Below are positions 51,101 through 64,000 of a stretch of 64,000 nucleotides of DNA, in pieces. Origin of the DNA: Takakia lepidozioides (lineage: Eukaryota; Plantae; Bryophyta). Positions within the stretch are counted from its first letter, which is position 1; every line of letters starts with the position of its first letter. The notes under the pieces were generated by a model. That model was not told the origin of the DNA, ran no database searches, and saw only the letters and a list, made by a program, of their open reading frames with translations. The position numbers and the translations under genes are program-made. The DNA lies in the NCBI GenBank assembly GCA_030704615.1, contig CM060731.1, positions 75,826,001 through 75,890,000 on the forward strand. Direction: 5' to 3'.

Positions 51101-52648
51101 CTTGACAATTGCACCTTGCTTGGCAAGGCTGTGAGACCCAACAGCCATTGTAACAGACAAAACTGTTGGCATCGCAATGGGAATGCCCCCAATCAAGAGA
51201 ATCAGCATATCTTCAATCCCATTTCGATATTTCCGGTGCTGGATCGGGTACATTACAATAATCTCAACAACAATCCCCAAAGCAATTGAAAGTATACAGA
51301 AATTCCCAATTCGTGTGAGAACCTGCTGGAAATGCCCAGTGTGGTGGGTAGTATCAACCAAATGAGCTGCTTTTCCAAAGAATGTGCTTACACCTGTGGC
51401 AATTACTACTGCTTCAAGCTCCCCCTGTTTGCATATAGAACCTGAGAAGACTTCATCCCCGGTCCTTTTGGTAACAGCGACCGATTCACCAGTTAAGGCT
51501 GACTGATCAATTGACAGGGGGTCACCCTCAAGTAACCTTGCATCTGCAGGAACGATGTCTCCTAGCTTTATGGTGATAATATCACCAGGAACTATGATTG
51601 CTGCATCCTCTTCCTTGTATAATCCATTCCTCAGCACTTTAGCTTTTGGTGCCAGTGCTTGCATTAGTGCAGCAGCTGCCTGCCCAGCGTTTGTTTCCTC
51701 AATATAACTCACAGTTGAGTTGATCATTAGCAGGCACAAGATTCCCACAAAATCTGGCCAGTCAGGAGGTAAATTATCCCCGTTGTCCAACACAATGGCC
51801 ATCAGGGCAGCAACCTCCATAACCCAAGAAAGAGGATTCCACATAAAGCTCAAAAATTTGAGGAGCAAATTCTCTTTCTGCTCTTCCAGTTTGTTGGGTC
51901 CAACCAACTTGAGTCGACACTCAGCTTCTTGGGAGGTGAGGCCTTCCCTTGTACATTTCAATTTCTGGAAGACTTCTTCAAGGGGAAGGTTCTCAAGGTC
52001 AACTTCCTCACCTTCTATATACTCTGAGCCATTCTCTTTGGAGTGTTGTTCAGCCATGATACAAACAGGTCCCTTTGGAGGACCCTCTCCTTTGACACTG
52101 GTAGAGGCAGGGGCTTCTGCTTTGTCCTTGGCGTCTAAGGCAAGGTTAAGGACCCCATTTTCAAATTCCCTGGCCTCAAACTTCTGCCCAACTGGGTCCA
52201 GTGGCTCATATCTGCATTTTTCCCCAACTGCTTTGTCCCTGTTGGGGGTAGGGGTCCTTGCTTGAGGCTTGTAATCTAGAATCAGGGCAAGGCCCTCCTT
52301 TTCAGTGTCTTCAGTATTGGCTGCCTGTCCTACTAGGGATTCACTATACAATGGATTGTATGTGCATTTCTCTCCCTCTGCTTCAGTCCTTGTAGGAACG
52401 ATGGCCTCTCCTCTGTCCTCGTACTCTAGAGTCAAGGCGAGGTCTTCTTTCTCAATTCCACATTCCTCAACCTCCTGTTGTGCTAGGGATTCAGAGAACA
52501 GTGGATTGTATCTGCATTTATCTCCATGTGTTTCATCGTTACCCTCTAGAGTGAGTGGGAGCACCTCCTCCTTGGAATCCCCAGTGTCTGCTTCAGCTTG
52601 TTGTCCTACTAGGAATGTGGAGTACAATGGCTTGTACCTGTGTTTCAA
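45125..52648 (-). pseudogene. P3A plasma-membrane H+-ATPase (AHA family, penultimate-Thr type), probably disrupted
   Basis: Exons (-): 52057(first ATG; frame open from 52663)-50924, 50674-50399, 50143-49837 (GC donor), 49531-49349, 48847-48642, 48165-~48092, 47170-46917, 46260-46060, 45761-45677, 45221-45125. Motifs [43 protein letters not shown]; R-domain RRAEMARLREIHTLKGHV..AYTL*. A 4-bp duplication at 46209-46216 creates a stop, and the segment after GIFLG was not found. Confidence 0.85.
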
Positions 52649-55172
52649 ATGACCCTCACTCAGTTAAAGAATGGACTTTGAAAGGCTGTTAACTGATGTC
52701 CACATTCATGTACATTGTTTGAGTAATGTACACCTCCACTCTGTTGAATGAAGATAAGACTGTTGCTTTGTGCTTCATGCACTGACTTGACATCAACATC
52801 CTCTACAAAGATTGTTAGGTTCATGCAATGACATGGGAGGATTCCAAAGAGTGTCGAAGTGAACTGTATTAAACAATTACAGGATGGCAGAGACAAACCT
52901 CCTTACAAGAAAGATTCATGTGAAATTCGGCCAGTGCGTAGAACCAATCTTCGTGGTGCTGGCTCGTTGCCTGATGATCCATCCAGACCTGTACACCCAC
53001 CATTAAAAGAACTGAAGAACTTGTCTCGAAGCATGTGCACTTGAGATGGTTGTGAATCGTGATCAACACACTCCATGAATCTCGCTTGTCAGAATTTGCA
53101 GCAGTCCAAGTATTGTACTGTCATTCAAGGGAGGAATCTAAATCACCAATGCTAGAGTGTACTGGGCATATGGTTTAAATTAAGCTGATGTTTTAAATTA
53201 CTGGCCAGTTTGTTTTTTCCAAGTCTTCAGACATTGATTAGAGCAACGGGATATAAGGTCTAGAAACTGCTATGATATAAAGCGGTTTCACCCTCATCTG
53301 TAGAGGTATGCAAGGATTTAGCAGATTGCTGCAAAAGTACTATCAAACGAGTTTTCTTTAATTTGAGTAATAGAAGGAGCAGAAATGTAAATGTCTACAG
53401 TTGCTAGTATGTATACATTCTGTTGCCTACAGTTTCTAGGGGTTGGACTGGAGCCCAGAATACTATTGTCACTATTATATTGCAGTGCAGCCACAAGTGA
53501 ATTAATTTTAGGGCACCATGACAAGTTGCCAAGTCCAACAATTCACACCATCACACACCGGGGCTAACAGTCCTCTGCAAGATCAGCAATCAATTCAGCC
53601 AGAAGCACATATTCCCACAGGAAACCAAATTAGCTACTGATCTTTCCCACCACTCTAATACCTCCCCTGGAAGTAAAAAAAACTTCCTCGTGTAGATTTA
53701 GTGGGTTTTTCCCGATCACATTTCTCAAAGTTAAGGTGAAACCGCCCTGATTGTTCCACCTGATTGTTCCTCTCCTTCCTCATGCCAAGTAAACTTGGGC
53801 TGACTTGCTGAAAGGGCTGTCCTCTCGGTTGTGGACTGCCCTTCATCATTTCCCTCGATTGAAGTGCTTGAATCATCCATTTTGCATGGCAGTTAAGCAA
53901 TCAGTCCAGTAGATTGGGCGTAGTGCCCCCTCTTCCTTCTCCCGACTTCCATGTTGTATTTTCTTATAGAGTGTACGGGGGTCTCTTGCTTAATCTTCTG
54001 CATTGAAATCATGCTACGATTGTTGGAAAGTCAGGAACATCTTACAAAGCCCATAGAATGTAATCCGTGGATTATGATGAGGCCCAAGTAGGGTCATCAC
54101 ATTGAGCCAATGGAGGGCTAACATGCCATCTAATACCATAGAAGCCCAAAACAGCCATCGACTTCCATGATGCAAAGAACTCCAACATCACCTGTACATA
54201 TCAGGAGATTTTTCTCATGTCCGATGTAAGCTTTTCCTCAGACCCACAAGTGTAAATCTTGGTGGACATTGATGCTCGAGTTGTGGGCCCATAGAATTCG
54301 GAGGCCAACCGGTCTTCTCATAACTGCCTCGAAGTCGCAATATCCATCCACATGAACAGAGTCCCTAGACCTTAGATCCAGGGCGTGTCACGCTGCCCAA
54401 GAACATGTTCTCAAGCGGTTTTCTAGACTTTTTCCTTGAATGAGAGTCCCCAATCCTTACATTGTTGGTTGTTCAGTCTTGTCCTTTTGGCATGGCCTGC
54501 ATGTTTGTGGTAGCATGTAGGACTTCACATTTATCATCCCTATCATTCCTCTTTTTGAACTCTTGCACTGTGATGCATTCAAGACACCAACCTGAGTACC
54601 CTGGCTGTGTTTTTTTTGTTCAATTGGTTGTATCTTTCTTCACATCTGTTCCCCATGAGGAAGATCTTCACCCTCACAGTTTTGGACCACAATTGTGTTG
54701 TACAGGCTCTGCTGTGGTATCCTGAGCTCTGATAGTTTGATGACATGAAGTGTATTTTGGAGTGAAACTCTGACACTGGTTCATCACCTAGAAATCTTGG
54801 TAAGGAAAACTCCTATTGGACAGTGCAGAAGTCAACCCCTATTTGCTATGTGTGCTGCCTACCTTTTGAAGTTGTCAGTCCACACTTCCTTCAAGAACAA
54901 TCTTTTTCCACAATTTGATGTACAACACAGGCTGAAGACCTGTTTCTTTCGACGCTCCAACTTTCCTAGCAATGTACTGTGAAGGATCTGCATGACAAAA
55001 CTAAACTCACAATAACTGCCTCCACTCCTATGTACCTTGATCTAGTGCTATTTTTAAGCCTATCTAGAAGCTGTGGAATAATATCCTACAGGTATGGAAG
55101 GTGCACACCCTTTCCTGATAAGTAGGGCTATAAGCAAAATCTTACTTAAATTGTAATGGCAGTTAAAGACAG

Positions 55173-61970
<6,798 letters not shown>

Positions 61971-63472
61971 TCACCTCCTGTAGAACTACGAGGTGGGCAG
62001 TCTTACAAACCAAGATATCAGGCTCCTACAGTGCCCGCATTCCGATACCATTCATATATCCTTGGATTCTTCTTTGGATTGCGAAAGCGCAAGCGTGCAT
62101 CTGCCTCTTGCGTAAGCAAGAAACCGACAAGCTTCGGCAAGCGACAAGGACACCCGTCCACAAGGCAGTGGAGCTCCGTAGGACAGGCCCAAAACATGTG
62201 GAACTGTCATCGTCTCCGGCCCATCTCCCCGAAGCTTCCTCCCACAAATCTTTGTGTGTGTCTTCACAGATCAAAGATTTTTCTCCCCGAAATCAGCGAT
62301 GTCCTCGGTTGTGATTAAGCAAACGCAAACCTCCGTGGTTGCAATGATGGCGTTGCTTCAAGCTTGTGCTTGTTCTTATTGTAACTTCCCACGCACTGAA
62401 CAAGGCACGGGTGCCTCGAATCACGCAAAGCGACTCACTGTTACCCAGTCTCCATTTTCACTTGTCTTCAGTTGGGCAGGCATCCTTCATCATCACATTC
62501 ATAAAGCTTGCTATGAAGGGACCCACAAAGGCCATCCCAGATCAAAAGTGACCCTTCTCAGCCAAAGGCATTCAAGCATCCATCATTTGGACACTGGATC
62601 AGATTCCACCAGACTCCATCCCTCAGAAAGGACTTCTTTTTTACATGTTATTGAATACCAGTTTTTGTCACCTTGTCAAGGATGGGACCACAGGTCTCAA
62701 AAACCAATCCACATAAAGCCAACGTTAATAAGAGCCACTTCCCCTTAAGGTAGAAGCTCCATCTTATGGTATGGGTGTTTGTGCCTTGCCTGTACATAAC
62801 CAGGCTGATGCTGGATTCAATCCCTCAACATGGATATTTACCGCTGCTAAGGATGAAGTGAGTAGCCTTCAGATTGTCTACAGACACCATGTTGTCATTG
62901 GGAAAGCAAGATCAGGCTGGATGCTTCCAAGACGATAACCAATGCAGTGGGCCAGAGATATGAATATTGTGCGAGTTACTCTAAATCAGTTTAGAGACAA
63001 CATTGTGTGTACACGTATGATCTACGAAAACTGCATAACATGGTTTACCAAAGAAGGTGAAGTTGTCTACAACAAGGCAACAAGCTTCCATTGCACAAAA
63101 TTTCGGTCCCAATATTGAAGTGGCTTGATTTGAAAGTGAATGTGTGAGCGGACAGGGTACAGGGTGACAGTTTTGGGTGCAAAGAAAACTCTCCCAGCTC
63201 CTGTGCATGTTAGAGGATGAGTGTCCTAGTAAAGTGTGGCATTGTGGCCAAGGACACATTGGTGATTTTGAAATGGAGACAATGGAAAGGTTGTCACATC
63301 TTCCCCTGATCAAAATATAAGGGAAAAGTCAAAAACGCCTTTCCCTCCCATTGGTAGAAAGGCACAACAGACATGAGTCAGACCAGCCGTCTCGTACCAC
63401 CAGACCAGCCAGTGAAAAAAATCAATTGCATTTACTTTTCCAGACAATCCAGGAGACAAAGGATCGGCAACT

Positions 63473-63788
63473 TCACCCATCTTCATCCACGTCTTGATAA
63501 TCTCGCCTATTGTCATTGCCCCCATCCCTAGGGGGCGGATCTTCACCGTGTAAGTCTACACCATAGTCTAGCCAGGGCATCAATGACTGCAAAAACACCA
63601 GAAGTGCATTCCGACCTTCCAGCTCCATTTCTTGGCCTGCTGCCAACATGTGCATCTGTTCCATGTGCTGGGGTGGCATAAGATCTGCCCCAGGCCCAGG
63701 GCCTCCAGGGAATCCCATTTGTTGAACCTCCTCAGGGGGGAGAGTTGAAGCCGAATCCGAGAATTCTGACACCAGCAAATGCCGATAC
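63473..63788 (-). CDS. Terminal exon of a TCF25/Rqc1-like protein; gene continues beyond the window end
   Basis: Acceptor TTCAG at 63789. YRHLLVSEFSDSASTLPPEE and LEGRNALLVFLQSLMPWLDYG resemble the plant TCF25 C-terminus, recognised from memory. Confidence 0.6.
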
Positions 63789-64000
63789 CTGAACATCATG
63801 TAAGTTTCAAAGGTCAGAATACTGGAAATACCTGCTGAGGCCTGTCACCGATAAGAGCACCCTTGCCGTAGACTATCCAACCTCTGAAACCCAAGTTCTA
63901 ATTCACAACAACGAAAGCTAATCTAAGCAGAGAGAAATGTCAACCATGAATCATGGCCTGTTGTAAGGAGGAAATGAGCAGAACTCCATCAAGCAGCACT

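Noticed and set aside
53300-55100. Short ORFs between the H+-ATPase and phytepsin genes
   Set aside because: No recognisable domain; could hide upstream AHA exons, but I could not establish phase-consistent splice sites.

Overview
Eukaryotic plant nuclear DNA, probably a seed-free land plant (bryophyte/lycophyte-like; inferred from gene structure and TE content, species not determinable). Host genes: a 15-exon AtEH/Pan1-type EH-domain gene (+, 7139-16948); an intronless GT29/GALT29A-like gene (-, 39270-40541); a P3A plasma-membrane H+-ATPase (-, 45125-52648) with a 4-bp duplication frameshift, an apparently missing segment and an unusual upstream repeat frame; a 13-exon phytepsin (-, 55173-61934); and the last exon of a TCF25/Rqc1-like gene. 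The rest is largely transposon-derived: a Helentron-type Rep remnant, a hAT-type MITE, a tRNA-derived SINE, RTE-like fragments, and an L1-like LINE apparently split by a ~12-kb nested TE block. The most notable element lies in that block: a decayed Ty3/Gypsy retrotransposon (~22040-28315) whose polyprotein reads Gag(2x zinc knuckle)-aspartic protease-DNMT3-like C5 cytosine methyltransferase (motifs I-X in linear order)-[RT N-terminus only; RT core and RNase H deleted]-integrase-PHD finger. It therefore encodes both a DNA methylation writer and a putative histone reader. All calls come from manual motif and splice-site reading; no database searches were run.
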